Assembly (NCBI GenBank): GCA_019358935.1
Contig: JAHHIK010000053.1
Span: 1 to 56,399 of the forward strand
Reading direction: 5' to 3'
Source: Tolypothrix carrinoi HA7290-LM1
GTDB lineage: Bacteria > Cyanobacteriota > Cyanobacteriia > Cyanobacteriales > Nostocaceae
DNA length: 56,399 nt
Part shown: positions 33,280 to 42,764 of the stretch, piece after piece
Layout: each line of letters starts with the position of its first letter
Position numbering within the stretch: position 1 is the first letter of the stretch
Notes under the pieces: model-generated
The model's input: the letters and a program-made list of their open reading frames with translations, nothing else
What the model was told of the DNA's origin: nothing
Databases searched by the model: none
Made by a program: the position numbers and the translations under genes

Positions 33280-33954
33280 ATGAAAATGCAAAATCAGACA
33301 AAAACGATTCAAAAAATTGTTGGTGGCTTTTTAGGAGTTGCTAGCGCTAGTGTCTTCATTAGTTTACCAGGACTGGCACAAGCAAACTTAAATTCTCATA
33401 ATTCCAACACTTCCAAGCAGTCTGTTATCGCCCAGATGAGTTCTCCTGGCGGCACTATGTCTGCCCCTACTAGAAATTCTAGTCCAAATTCTAATCCTTC
33501 AACTAGAAATTCTAGTCCTTCAACTACTAATCTTGACACAGATTTTATCACTAAGGCGGCGCAAAGTGACATGACTGAAATCCAGACAAGTAAACTGGCA
33601 CTGCAAAAGTCTAGAAACAAATCTGTCAGAGACTTTGCCCAGATGATGATTCAACACCATACCGAATCGAGCGAAGAACTCAAGCCGATCGCGCAGTCTA
33701 AAAGAGTTCCGCTGCCAACTAATATGGGTCCTGAGAATACAGCTTTGCTAGAAAGCTTGAAAAAGGTAAATGGTCAAAAGTTTGACCAAGCTTACATGCA
33801 AGGACAAGTTCAAGCTCATACCAAAACTCAGGCTGAGTATCAAAAATATCTCGACCAGGGACAAGACCCACAGTTAAGGGCTTTTGCAACCAAGATTTTA
33901 CCGCTAGTTGCTGAACACCGGGAAATGGCTCAGAAGATGGTAGCCACTCGTTAA
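33280..33954 (+). CDS. DUF4142 domain exported protein
   Basis: AAQSDMTEIQTSKLA, FAQMMIQHH, FDQAYM, LPLVAEH; N-terminal signal. Confidence 0.88.
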   Translation: MKMQNQTKTIQKIVGGFLGVASASVFISLPGLAQANLNSHNSNTSKQSVIAQMSSPGGTMSAPTRNSSPNSNPSTRNSSPSTTNLDTDFITKAAQSDMTEIQTSKLALQKSRNKSVRDFAQMMIQHHTESSEELKPIAQSKRVPLPTNMGPENTALLESLKKVNGQKFDQAYMQGQVQAHTKTQAEYQKYLDQGQDPQLRAFATKILPLVAEHREMAQKMVATR

Positions 33955-34253
33955 GCAGACGTAGGTATATTTTCGGTAAGAGAGCATCTCAATTTTGCAA
34001 ACAACACCTTAGAAAGGTGTGGCGTTGTGCGTACAGAGCTTACGCAGGTGGGTATTGTAGAGACGTTCCACACCGAACGTCTCTACAATCGAGTGGAATG
34101 ACGAAAAATCGTTCTGTGAGGGGCTATACACCTAATTCGCTCTTCTGTATCCTCGCTCGAAGTCGGGGATCTGAACTTGCTATATCTGTGGTTTGATATA
34201 GAAAATACTGACTTACAGCAATTTTCATGTATTTAGACCACACTCTTATTTCT

Positions 34254-34349
34254 TTATTTCTTCCTTTGCGCCTCTGCGACTTTGCGTGAGATAAAAATAT
34301 CGTTATTAACCAAAACTACCAGTAGGTTAGCGTCTACTACAATTGCCAA
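34254..34349 (-). pseudogene. Truncated PIN-domain (VapC-like) toxin
   Basis: MAIVVDANLLVVLVNND begins 2 nt after the upstream stop, then runs into a dispersed repeat and stops. Confidence 0.65.
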
Positions 34350-34350
34350 A

Positions 34351-34584
34351 CTAAAAAATTCCTCGTTGCTCTAACTCTTGCCGACTCTCTCGCGCTAATT
34401 TAACTGCATCTACTGGTGGCATCTTTCTGGCAATTTCACGCAGTCGTAATAGTGCCTCACGGGGGTGAATGAATAAAGTTTGAGCCAAGGTTTCTGGAGG
34501 GACATTAAGTCTGATCGCCTCAGTTTGGAGGCGATCGCGATCCTCAGCAGAAAGTTGAATATTCAGAAATTTGGACTCACTCAT
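34351..34584 (-). CDS. Putative antitoxin (VapB-like)
   Basis: 77 aa, ends DAVKLARESRQELEQR; directly upstream of the PIN remnant. Confidence 0.65.
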   Translation of the reverse strand: MSESKFLNIQLSAEDRDRLQTEAIRLNVPPETLAQTLFIHPREALLRLREIARKMPPVDAVKLARESRQELEQRGIF

Positions 34585-34693
34585 ACTTTTAATCTACATC
34601 ATGGCAAGGCATTGTTTGCCCAATTTTACGGAAAGGCGGGCAATGTTGATGTAGATTATCAGTAATTTCCCCCTCCTGACCAGAGGTATACTG

Positions 34694-37600
34694 ATGGGCA
34701 ACAGCACGCTTCCGAGATTTTTCGCAGTTATAGCGCTTTCTTTTTCGTGCCTTTCATTGTCTGTGCTGCCGATAAGCAAAGGATGGACGCAAGATGTCAG
34801 CAACACTGAGATTAATTCTTATATTGAGAAGTTGGGGAATGATGCTGAATCTGAAAAAGTCTCTAAAGCCTTGCGGAAATTTGGCTCAAAAGCTGTTCCC
34901 GATTTAGTTAAAGCGTTGCAGAACAAGAACCCAAAAGTTCGCTCAAGCGCTGCCTATGCCTTGGCAAGCATTGGTGAAGAAGCAGCATCGGCGGTTCCCG
35001 CACTTATTGAAGCTTTGAAGAATGATAACAAGGCAGAAGTTCGCTCAAGCGCTGCCTATACCTTGGGAAGCATTGGGAAAGAAGCAGCATCGGCAGTTCC
35101 CGCACTTGCTGAAGCTTTGAAGAATGATAAAGAGGCAGATGTTCGCAAATGGGCTGCCTCTGTCTTGGGAAGCATTGGGAAAGAAGCAGCATCCGCTGTT
35201 CCCGCACTCACTGAAGCTTTGAAGAATGATAAAGAGGCAGATGTTCGCAAATCTGCTGCCGATGCTTTGGGAAAGATACGTGAAAAAGCAGCATCGGCTG
35301 TTCCCGCACTTGCTGAAGCTTTGAAGAATGATAAAGAGGCAGATGTTCGTCAATATGCTGCCGATGCCTTGGGAAGCATTGGAGAAAAAGCAGCATCGGC
35401 TGTTCCCGCACTTGCTGAAGCTTTGAAGAATGATAAACAGGCAGAAGTTCGCTTCTATGCTGCCGATGCCTTGGGAAGTATTGGTGAAAAAGCAGCATCG
35501 GCAGTTCCCGCACTTATTCAAGCTTTGAAGAATGATAAAGAGGCAGAAGTTCGCAAATCTGCTGCCGATGCCTTGGGAAGGATTGGTGAAAAAGCAGCAT
35601 CGGCAGTTCCGGCACTTATTCAAGCTTTGAAGAATGATAAAGAAGCAGAAGTTCGCTCATCTGCTGCCTATGCCTTGGGAAGTATTGGTGAAAAAGCAGC
35701 ATCGGCAGTTCCCGCACTTGCTGAAGCTTTGAAGAATGATAAACAGGCAGAAGTTCGTCAATATGCTGCCGGTGCCTTGGGAAGGATTGGTGAAAAAGCA
35801 GCATCGGCAGTTCCCGCACTTGCTGAAGCTTTGAAGAATGATAAACAGGCAGAAGTTCGTCAATATGCTGCCGGTGCCTTGGGAAGTATTGGTGAAAAAG
35901 CAGCATCGGCTGTTCCTGCACTTATTCAAGCCTTAAAAGATAATGATGTTAATCGTTACAGTAGTGAGGTTAGAGATGGTGCTATTTATGGTTTGGGACG
36001 TATCGCTGAAAGCTACCAAGATAATGCCAGTAAGCTATCCAGCACAGATTTAGACAAAGCCATATCTAACTTGGAAAAAGCTTTAAAAGCTGCGGATGAT
36101 CTCAAAGATAATTTTACAGACGAACAAAAAGCACCTTTACGCCGATCGCTCTATCTCCTGAAAAAAGAAAAAGACTCCCGCTTCTTTGATAGAACCTTAG
36201 AATGGATGGTTAAACATCCTTGGGTAACAGGTGCGCTAATTTACATTATCTTTGTCCCCTCTCTCTGGTTCGCACTGCTGCGCTTGCGTCCCCTGTGGCT
36301 TTTACACATCAACAACGCCCTGAAACCATTCTCTAGCTTTAAATTACCTGATATCCTGGGTGGGGGAACTTTACCCATCCGCACTTTACTATTTATTGAA
36401 TTTTTTAATTATCGCCCCAGAGTGCTTGATGCTTGGGTAACAGCACACATCGACTCGGCTAAAGAGGGATTTGGTAAGAAGAAAACCGTAAGCGATCGCT
36501 TTGTTCACGTCCCGATTCCGGTTATCCTAGATAAAAATAACCTCGCTCACCTCACCGGAAAAGATTTACAACCAACTTTTGATAAAAAACGCGCAACTTT
36601 ACTACTTTGGGGGGAAGGTGGGGCAGGTAAAACTAGTTTGGCTTGTCAGTTGGCAGTGTGGGCAATGTCTGACGATGCAAATCAACGCATCAGTCAACAT
36701 AAAATGCTGCCAGTTTTAATTGAACAAGAATTAGACTTTGATGTAGCAGCAGGGGAAGAACCTTTAACAGAAGCTATCTGCGGACAACTTCAAGCTTTAA
36801 TTGGGGAAGCAGAACCGATCGCTGAAGAATTACTCGCACATCTGCTGCGGCAACGCCGTATTCTAGTAATTGTGGATCACTTGTCGGAAATGAGCGAAGC
36901 CACACGCAAGCAAATTCGCCCAGGAGATCCAGATTTTACAGCGAATGCGTTAATTGTCACTTCCCGACTTGAGGAAAAGCTCGACGAAATACCGAAAACG
37001 ACAATTAAACCGTTGCGGGTTGCAGGCGATCGCCTATCATCTTTTATGGAAGCATACTTAACGCAGCGAGGCAAGCGTAATTTATTCGACGATCCAGAAT
37101 ATTTTGATGCATGTCGTCGTCTTTCTTTAATGGTAGGGCAACGCAACATCACTGTATTGCTGGCAAAACTTTACGCAGAACAGATGATTGCCACCAAAGA
37201 AGGGACAGCGATTGATTTACCGAATAATATACCCGATTTGATGCTAGCTTACCTCAACGAACTCAACCGAGGTGCAGCCGAAAACGAACCAGATAATCGT
37301 ACTGTACAACGAGATGCGAAGGCGATCGCCTGGGAATGTCTCAAGCAAACTTTGCGTCCCACAACTGCCATACTTGATGATGTTTTAACTGCACTCGATG
37401 CTCATGATAACCCCGAAGCACGTCTAGAACATCTAAAAAAACGCTTGCATTTAATTGACATTATCGGTTCCGAAGAAAATAAAATTCGCTTTGCCCTCGA
37501 TCCCCTAGCAGAATATCTCGCCGGCTTATACCTGCTAGACTCTTACGGAAATGATAAAACCTCCTGGCACAATTTTCTCACTCAAGCCGAATCGACATCA

Positions 37601-37771
37601 GATATTGAGTTAATCAAAGGATTTTTGTTAGCAATACAGGATTGTTATTTAGCAAAAGGTGCAGAAGCACAAGTTCCAGACTTCGTAGCAAAAAAACTGG
37701 CAACCCTAACAGGTTTAGTTCCGCAACCAACTAGACAAACTCAACTTGTTGCCAAAGCTGTTAGTTGTTAG
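34694..37771 (+). CDS. HEAT-repeat / transmembrane / P-loop (NACHT/STAND-like) NTPase protein
   Basis: Signal peptide, ten 34-aa HEAT-PBS repeats, TM helix WVTGALIYIIFVPSLWFALL, Walker A GEGGAGKT, Walker B ILVIVDHLSE. Confidence 0.88.
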   Translation: MGNSTLPRFFAVIALSFSCLSLSVLPISKGWTQDVSNTEINSYIEKLGNDAESEKVSKALRKFGSKAVPDLVKALQNKNPKVRSSAAYALASIGEEAASAVPALIEALKNDNKAEVRSSAAYTLGSIGKEAASAVPALAEALKNDKEADVRKWAASVLGSIGKEAASAVPALTEALKNDKEADVRKSAADALGKIREKAASAVPALAEALKNDKEADVRQYAADALGSIGEKAASAVPALAEALKNDKQAEVRFYAADALGSIGEKAASAVPALIQALKNDKEAEVRKSAADALGRIGEKAASAVPALIQALKNDKEAEVRSSAAYALGSIGEKAASAVPALAEALKNDKQAEVRQYAAGALGRIGEKAASAVPALAEALKNDKQAEVRQYAAGALGSIGEKAASAVPALIQALKDNDVNRYSSEVRDGAIYGLGRIAESYQDNASKLSSTDLDKAISNLEKALKAADDLKDNFTDEQKAPLRRSLYLLKKEKDSRFFDRTLEWMVKHPWVTGALIYIIFVPSLWFALLRLRPLWLLHINNALKPFSSFKLPDILGGGTLPIRTLLFIEFFNYRPRVLDAWVTAHIDSAKEGFGKKKTVSDRFVHVPIPVILDKNNLAHLTGKDLQPTFDKKRATLLLWGEGGAGKTSLACQLAVWAMSDDANQRISQHKMLPVLIEQELDFDVAAGEEPLTEAICGQLQALIGEAEPIAEELLAHLLRQRRILVIVDHLSEMSEATRKQIRPGDPDFTANALIVTSRLEEKLDEIPKTTIKPLRVAGDRLSSFMEAYLTQRGKRNLFDDPEYFDACRRLSLMVGQRNITVLLAKLYAEQMIATKEGTAIDLPNNIPDLMLAYLNELNRGAAENEPDNRTVQRDAKAIAWECLKQTLRPTTAILDDVLTALDAHDNPEARLEHLKKRLHLIDIIGSEENKIRFALDPLAEYLAGLYLLDSYGNDKTSWHNFLTQAESTSDIELIKGFLLAIQDCYLAKGAEAQVPDFVAKKLATLTGLVPQPTRQTQLVAKAVSC

Positions 37772-38000
37772 TGGTTGGTTGTTAGTGGTTGGTTGTTAGT
37801 GGTTAGTGGTTAGTTGTTAGTTGTTGTCTGGCTTGTCTGGCTTGTCTGGCTTGTCTGGCTTGTCCCCCTTGTCCCCCCACTCCCCCACTCCCCCACTCCC
37901 CCACTCCCCCACTCCCCCACTCCCCCACTCCCCCACTCCCCCACTCCCCCACTCCCCCACTCCCCCACTCCCCCACTCCCCCACTCCCCCACTCCCCCCC
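37762..38000. repeat. Compound tandem repeats ending in (TCCCCCAC)n
   Basis: (TAGTGGT), (TGTCTGGCT)n and an 8-bp C-rich array. Confidence 0.9.
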
Positions 38001-38060
38001 TCCCTCCCCAGACAGAGACGAAAATGTTAGCCTATTGGTTAGCTTTCAGGCTTTAAGTCT

Positions 38061-39431
38061 TTGTACAAACCAGGGTTTCCAGTGGAACAGCAATTCAGTT
38101 CGCAAATATCACCACCATTATTATCTGAGGGAAGCGATCGCGATCTCGGTATAGAATCGACTCTCCAAGAACTGCCACTATACAACTTCGGCGTGGAAAT
38201 TAGCTGTACTGGCACAGAAGTTGCTGAATACTTTGAAAAATATCCGCTACTACCTGGAGCAATCTTATTAGATCGGGGAAAATTTATTGGTATGATTTCC
38301 CGACGCCGGCTGCTGGAATTTTTGATTCGTCCCCACGGACAAGAGTTATTTTTTACTGAGCCGCTAAGTGTTCTCTACAGCTATGCTCGGACAGGCATTT
38401 TGCTACTTCCTGATAGTACGCCGATTTTGAGCGCGATGCAAATAGCATTAAGGCGATCGCCTGAACTTTTGGCTGAACCAATCATCGTCAAAACAGCACC
38501 TGATACCTACAGATTATTAGATATACAAGAATTGGGCATTGCCTCTTGGCAAATTCGGGGAATAGAAACTCAGGTGCGCTATGAACGCAGCCAAGCTCAA
38601 ATGATTCAAAATGATAAAATGGCAAGTTTGGGACGTTTGGTGGATGGGGTAGCACATGAAATTTTAGATCCCGTGGGTTTTATTTGGGGTAACTTAACTT
38701 ATGTCTCAAATTACAGCCAAGGTTTGCTCAAATTGATAGAAGCTTACGACAAAGAGTTACCATTAGCTTCTACAGAAATAATCGATATTAAAGAAGATAT
38801 TGAATTTGATTTTTTAGAGCAAGATTTATCAAAAGCGCTCAAGAGTATCCGCACCGGTGCAGAAAGATTAAAAAAACTTGTTACCAGCTTGCAAAATTTT
38901 TGTCACATCGACGAACTTTATCCAAAACCAGCAGATTTACACGCTTGCATAAATAGTATTTTATTGTTAATTAACAGCCGAATTAAAGGAGAAATTGAAA
39001 TCGTCCAATATTATGGTAATTTGCCCCCAGTATATTGCTTTGTCGGGCAATTGAGCCAGGTATTGATGAATATTTTGAGTCAAGCTGTTGATGCATTGCT
39101 TGATGAAGCTGTACGACAGCAGTTTAATCCCAATACAAATCACAAACCAAAAATTGAAATTACTACAGAAGTTATTTCACAGTCAGCGACGAAATCTGAC
39201 GCACCAGATTCTCGCTGGGTTTCGATTCGCATTGCCGATAATGGTCCGGGAATACCTCCAAAGCTGCAACAGCAAATTATAGAATCTTTTTCTGTGGAAA
39301 AACGCGCTGATAAAGAAACTAGTTTGGCAGTGAGTTATCAAATTATCACAGCAAGACATGGAGGTAAATTTAATTTAAATTCCCAATTTGGCATTGGTAC
39401 GGAATTTGAAATCCTTCTACCTTTAGTTTGA
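38061..39431 (+). CDS. Sensor histidine kinase-like protein (CBS-like N-terminus, degenerate ATPase boxes)
   Basis: KMASLGRLVDGVAHEILDP H-box and DNGPGI. Start may be the GTG at 38082. Confidence 0.85.
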   Translation: MYKPGFPVEQQFSSQISPPLLSEGSDRDLGIESTLQELPLYNFGVEISCTGTEVAEYFEKYPLLPGAILLDRGKFIGMISRRRLLEFLIRPHGQELFFTEPLSVLYSYARTGILLLPDSTPILSAMQIALRRSPELLAEPIIVKTAPDTYRLLDIQELGIASWQIRGIETQVRYERSQAQMIQNDKMASLGRLVDGVAHEILDPVGFIWGNLTYVSNYSQGLLKLIEAYDKELPLASTEIIDIKEDIEFDFLEQDLSKALKSIRTGAERLKKLVTSLQNFCHIDELYPKPADLHACINSILLLINSRIKGEIEIVQYYGNLPPVYCFVGQLSQVLMNILSQAVDALLDEAVRQQFNPNTNHKPKIEITTEVISQSATKSDAPDSRWVSIRIADNGPGIPPKLQQQIIESFSVEKRADKETSLAVSYQIITARHGGKFNLNSQFGIGTEFEILLPLV

Positions 39432-39568
39432 TTTTCGTAGTGAGCGCTTCAGCGCTCTGTTAATTAAAATTAAATCCCCAACTGAGGTCAGTAAAAAATT
39501 TGAAATCCTTTTACTTTTTGAGGAATTTTTCGTAGTTAGCGATCGCTAAGAAAGCGCTTCAGCGCTTA

Positions 39569-41020
39569 CTACGATAGCAACTTTTCACCACGTTGGTAAA
39601 TTTCACGGGCATAATCAGTCCAAGCACCTTGTCCCCAATAACGAAAGCAGCTTGTTTGCAACAATAAGTTATGTAACAATGCGTTGCGGTAATGAGAATC
39701 TCTGGTATTGCTAGAATCCACTTTTTGATGAAATAAACTGCTAAGTTGATTCATCGGACTGAGAACATTTTCATATCCATTTACCCAACTGATATGATTA
39801 GTCCAAGAAGCTCCATCCATGTGAAAATTTGAATTAATTTGCTTGATTTGTTGAATTGCTTTTTCTACTTCTCCCGGTTGAATATTCTCGGATGAAACTC
39901 GCTGCCAAATTTGATGTTGTCCCATCGGTTGACACGTTGGATAATCTTCACTTTTGCAACCAGCAGCTTCAATTAATTCTAAATATTCTGTTCCTGTTAC
40001 AGCAACAACACCTGTTTTACCGATTTGATGCCAAGCTTGTTTAAAAGCGCTGGGAAATTCATTCATCATCACCCCGCCATTTTCACCATCACCTATTTGA
40101 CTAACTATTGGCGGGATATTTATATTACCCAATTGTTGTTTAGATAGAGTTTTAGCTTCGTAATAAGGTTGCATTTGAGCAACTAATTTAGTATCAGAAC
40201 CTTGGGTTTTAATTAAAGCTGTGATACTAATTGTTTCGCCTTGAGAATTGCGAGCAATCAAACGATGTGGTAAATGTTTAGAAGTTAGAGATTGACCGTC
40301 AAGAGTTTCTACAGAATGTTCTTGAACTAATAGCCAACGATAGCCGCATTCTTTCAGCGCTTTGACGAATTCAAAGAGAGTATCTGGGTGATTTGGTAGG
40401 TGCATTTCTGGAGGTGAAAATCCTTTGACTCGCGCTAATGCTGACCAACCAAAAATGGCGGCAAAGTGATGTTGCCATGCTAAAATATGCAGTTTAATAT
40501 CTGGGATAGGTGTAGAAGGAACTACAGCATGGCTCCACATTGTACCGAGCCATTCTACATAAGGTTGATAAGTGCGATCGCATGTTATCCGCTTCAAATT
40601 ATTTAAAATATCCTCGCGTCCCATTTGTCGCAGTCCCCACAACAAATTGCCAGAATAATCTAGCATGACGCGAGGATTGCAACCTTGGCTTACAAGTTCG
40701 GGTATAAAATCGCCCATGCGGCTGTAACAATAAGCAAAAGGCGCTGCATTATGATTGTCTCCTTGGTTAGGATGTTCAAACATATATTGCAGATTGCTGA
40801 TGAATCCGCCATCATGTCCTGCGGGGATAGTTGGCTGATGCATGTGAAGTGCGATCGCAAAAGTTGCGGTTATATCTTCCAACCGGAGGTTTGTTGTTGG
40901 CAAAAATACAGGCGCATCACGGTTGACTACATCAAGCACCTCTGCTTCCCAACCAGAAATATTGGGCAAACCATCAATGATTTCCGGCAAAGTCGTGAGT
41001 AGGTTTGTTGGGGAAGTCAT
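39569..41020 (-). CDS. Glycoside hydrolase family 57-like protein
   Basis: LHMHQP, GFSPPEM, DGENGG, TSCFRYWG. Confidence 0.85.
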   Translation of the reverse strand: MTSPTNLLTTLPEIIDGLPNISGWEAEVLDVVNRDAPVFLPTTNLRLEDITATFAIALHMHQPTIPAGHDGGFISNLQYMFEHPNQGDNHNAAPFAYCYSRMGDFIPELVSQGCNPRVMLDYSGNLLWGLRQMGREDILNNLKRITCDRTYQPYVEWLGTMWSHAVVPSTPIPDIKLHILAWQHHFAAIFGWSALARVKGFSPPEMHLPNHPDTLFEFVKALKECGYRWLLVQEHSVETLDGQSLTSKHLPHRLIARNSQGETISITALIKTQGSDTKLVAQMQPYYEAKTLSKQQLGNINIPPIVSQIGDGENGGVMMNEFPSAFKQAWHQIGKTGVVAVTGTEYLELIEAAGCKSEDYPTCQPMGQHQIWQRVSSENIQPGEVEKAIQQIKQINSNFHMDGASWTNHISWVNGYENVLSPMNQLSSLFHQKVDSSNTRDSHYRNALLHNLLLQTSCFRYWGQGAWTDYAREIYQRGEKLLS

Positions 41021-41117
41021 TTCTGGTTAGTTCCTTTCGCGAGTTATATCTAAATATCTTGTATCTTGGACTGTTTTTCTAACTCAACAGCTTATATCTT
41101 AATGAATCACAATCAAG

Positions 41118-41297
41118 TAGAGACGCAGACAGAGGCGTGGAACGTCTCTACCACAAACCATCGTAGAGACGTTCTGCAAATTATCGTAGAGACGTTCGGT
41201 CCAGAAGGTCTCTACCGCAAATTATCGTAGAGACGGGGACAGCAAAACGTTTCTAGTACAAACCATCGTAGAGACGTTCCGCCGCAACGTTTCTACC
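41118..41297. repeat. Array of five REP-like palindromes GTAGAGACG...CGTCTCTAC
   Basis: Single copies also near 4868, 22541, 24407-24462, 31320 and 34057. Confidence 0.8.
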
Positions 41298-42152
41298 TGG
41301 GTATCTGAAACGATGGCGTGTCCAGATCAATCTCTGCATTAGTCCTATCCGTCTTTGATAAAGCTGTTGTCTTCTCGCTACTTGCTGCGGTGGAGTTGCC
41401 AGCTTTAAAATAAACTCCAGCAGCCAAGGTGCAAGACGTTGACACCAAACAGCCAAATGACTTTGCCAACCAACTAAAATTTCTGGTGAATTTTTTGACA
41501 ATCCGGTAACGAGTACTTGCGCTACTTCTTGGGGAGTCATGGGGATCACCCAGCGAAATAATCGCATGTCGCGCACCATGTCTGTGTCTGTCAGAGAAGG
41601 CAATAAGGCTTTTACCTCAATATTGTATTGCGCGAGTTCTTGGCGCAAGGCTTGGGTAAATCCTAAAATGGCAAATTTGGTAGCCGAATAAGTCGCCATC
41701 GTCGGTGCAGCAATTTTCCCCATCAAGCTGGAGACATTAATGATTGTCCCTTGTCTGTGGCTTGCCATGCGTCGCGCTACCAAATGAGTTAGGGTGTAGG
41801 TTCCCAATAAATTCAGAGAAATTTCTTCTTGAACCTGCGGTAGTTTAGATTGCAGAAATGAGTTTTGGTAAGCTATGCCTGCACAATTAACTAGCAAATG
41901 AATCGGACCGTGATTCCGCCAAAGTTGAGCAACGGCAATATTTACAGCAGTCGGTTTGGTTAAGTCTATCGGTACGATTACCGCGCTGACACCCATTGTC
42001 TCAATTTCTGCGGCTACTTCAGCTAATTTGGCGCGATCGCGTGCCATGAGTATAACTCGCTGGGTGCCTTGTTGCGCTAATTGTAATGCGATCGCTCGTC
42101 CAATACCACGGGAAGCCCCTGTAATTAGAGCTACCTTTCCTTGTATATTCAT
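41253..42152 (-). CDS. SDR family oxidoreductase
   Basis: TGASRGIG, NCAG, YSATK. Confidence 0.92.
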   Translation of the reverse strand: MNIQGKVALITGASRGIGRAIALQLAQQGTQRVILMARDRAKLAEVAAEIETMGVSAVIVPIDLTKPTAVNIAVAQLWRNHGPIHLLVNCAGIAYQNSFLQSKLPQVQEEISLNLLGTYTLTHLVARRMASHRQGTIINVSSLMGKIAAPTMATYSATKFAILGFTQALRQELAQYNIEVKALLPSLTDTDMVRDMRLFRWVIPMTPQEVAQVLVTGLSKNSPEILVGWQSHLAVWCQRLAPWLLEFILKLATPPQQVARRQQLYQRRIGLMQRLIWTRHRFRYPGRNVAAERLYDGLY

Positions 42153-42652
42153 CGGTTTTTCATCTCCAAATTTTTGGTCTTACGGCGTTTCTTGTCAAGA
42201 AACAAAAATCAAAACTCCAGAGTTTCTTGACGGGTAAGACGAATAATCAATAGTTCTTAGAAACGAGATAAATCAGGCGCTAATTTGTTGTCATACCTCA
42301 TAATTGCCATTCAAGCCAGAATTTACTCGCTTTTATTCCTAAGGATGGATATAGCTCATAGGTTACACTTCTCCTAAATACGAGCATTCACCAAAATCGT
42401 TGCTTCACACACCTTAACAACTAAATCAAGTAGCTGCAATATTTTTTAATAAGCATTGCTTAATAGTTTTTTACAAACTGTATATATACAGAATGATTTG
42501 GGAGATAAGTTTTTATTAATACTTGCTGTCAATATGGCGATCCCCTGACAAGCAGTGTAAAATTATTCGGCTACATCAAATAACTCGGCTATTTTCCCAA
42601 GAAAAATAGTCATAATTAATACATATATTAGATATAAAAAAGATATATAGTT

Positions 42653-42757
42653 CAATAGCAATCCTACTTGAGTCGTGAGAATAGAAAGCCCCATCAGCCC
42701 GATTTATTCGATAAATCGGGCTTCTCGTTTCTCAGGAATGATTTAGGATTGCTATTG
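42653..42757. mobile_element. MITE-like element, about 105 bp
   Basis: Perfect 14-bp TIR CAATAGCAATCCTA/TAGGATTGCTATTG and internal hairpin CCCGATTTAT-TCG-ATAAATCGGG. Confidence 0.7.
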
Positions 42758-42764
42758 TACGAAA

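Noticed and set aside
34937..35950. Diversity-generating retroelement target and antisense ORFs
   Set aside because: No reverse transcriptase or template repeat is in the window; minus-strand ORFs are shadows of the HEAT repeats.
37810..38056. ORFs with PPLPHSPT or GEWGSGGV repeats
   Set aside because: Artefacts of an 8-bp tandem array.
41118..41297. CRISPR-like repeat-spacer pattern
   Set aside because: Units are irregular palindromes that also occur singly elsewhere, which fits REP elements.
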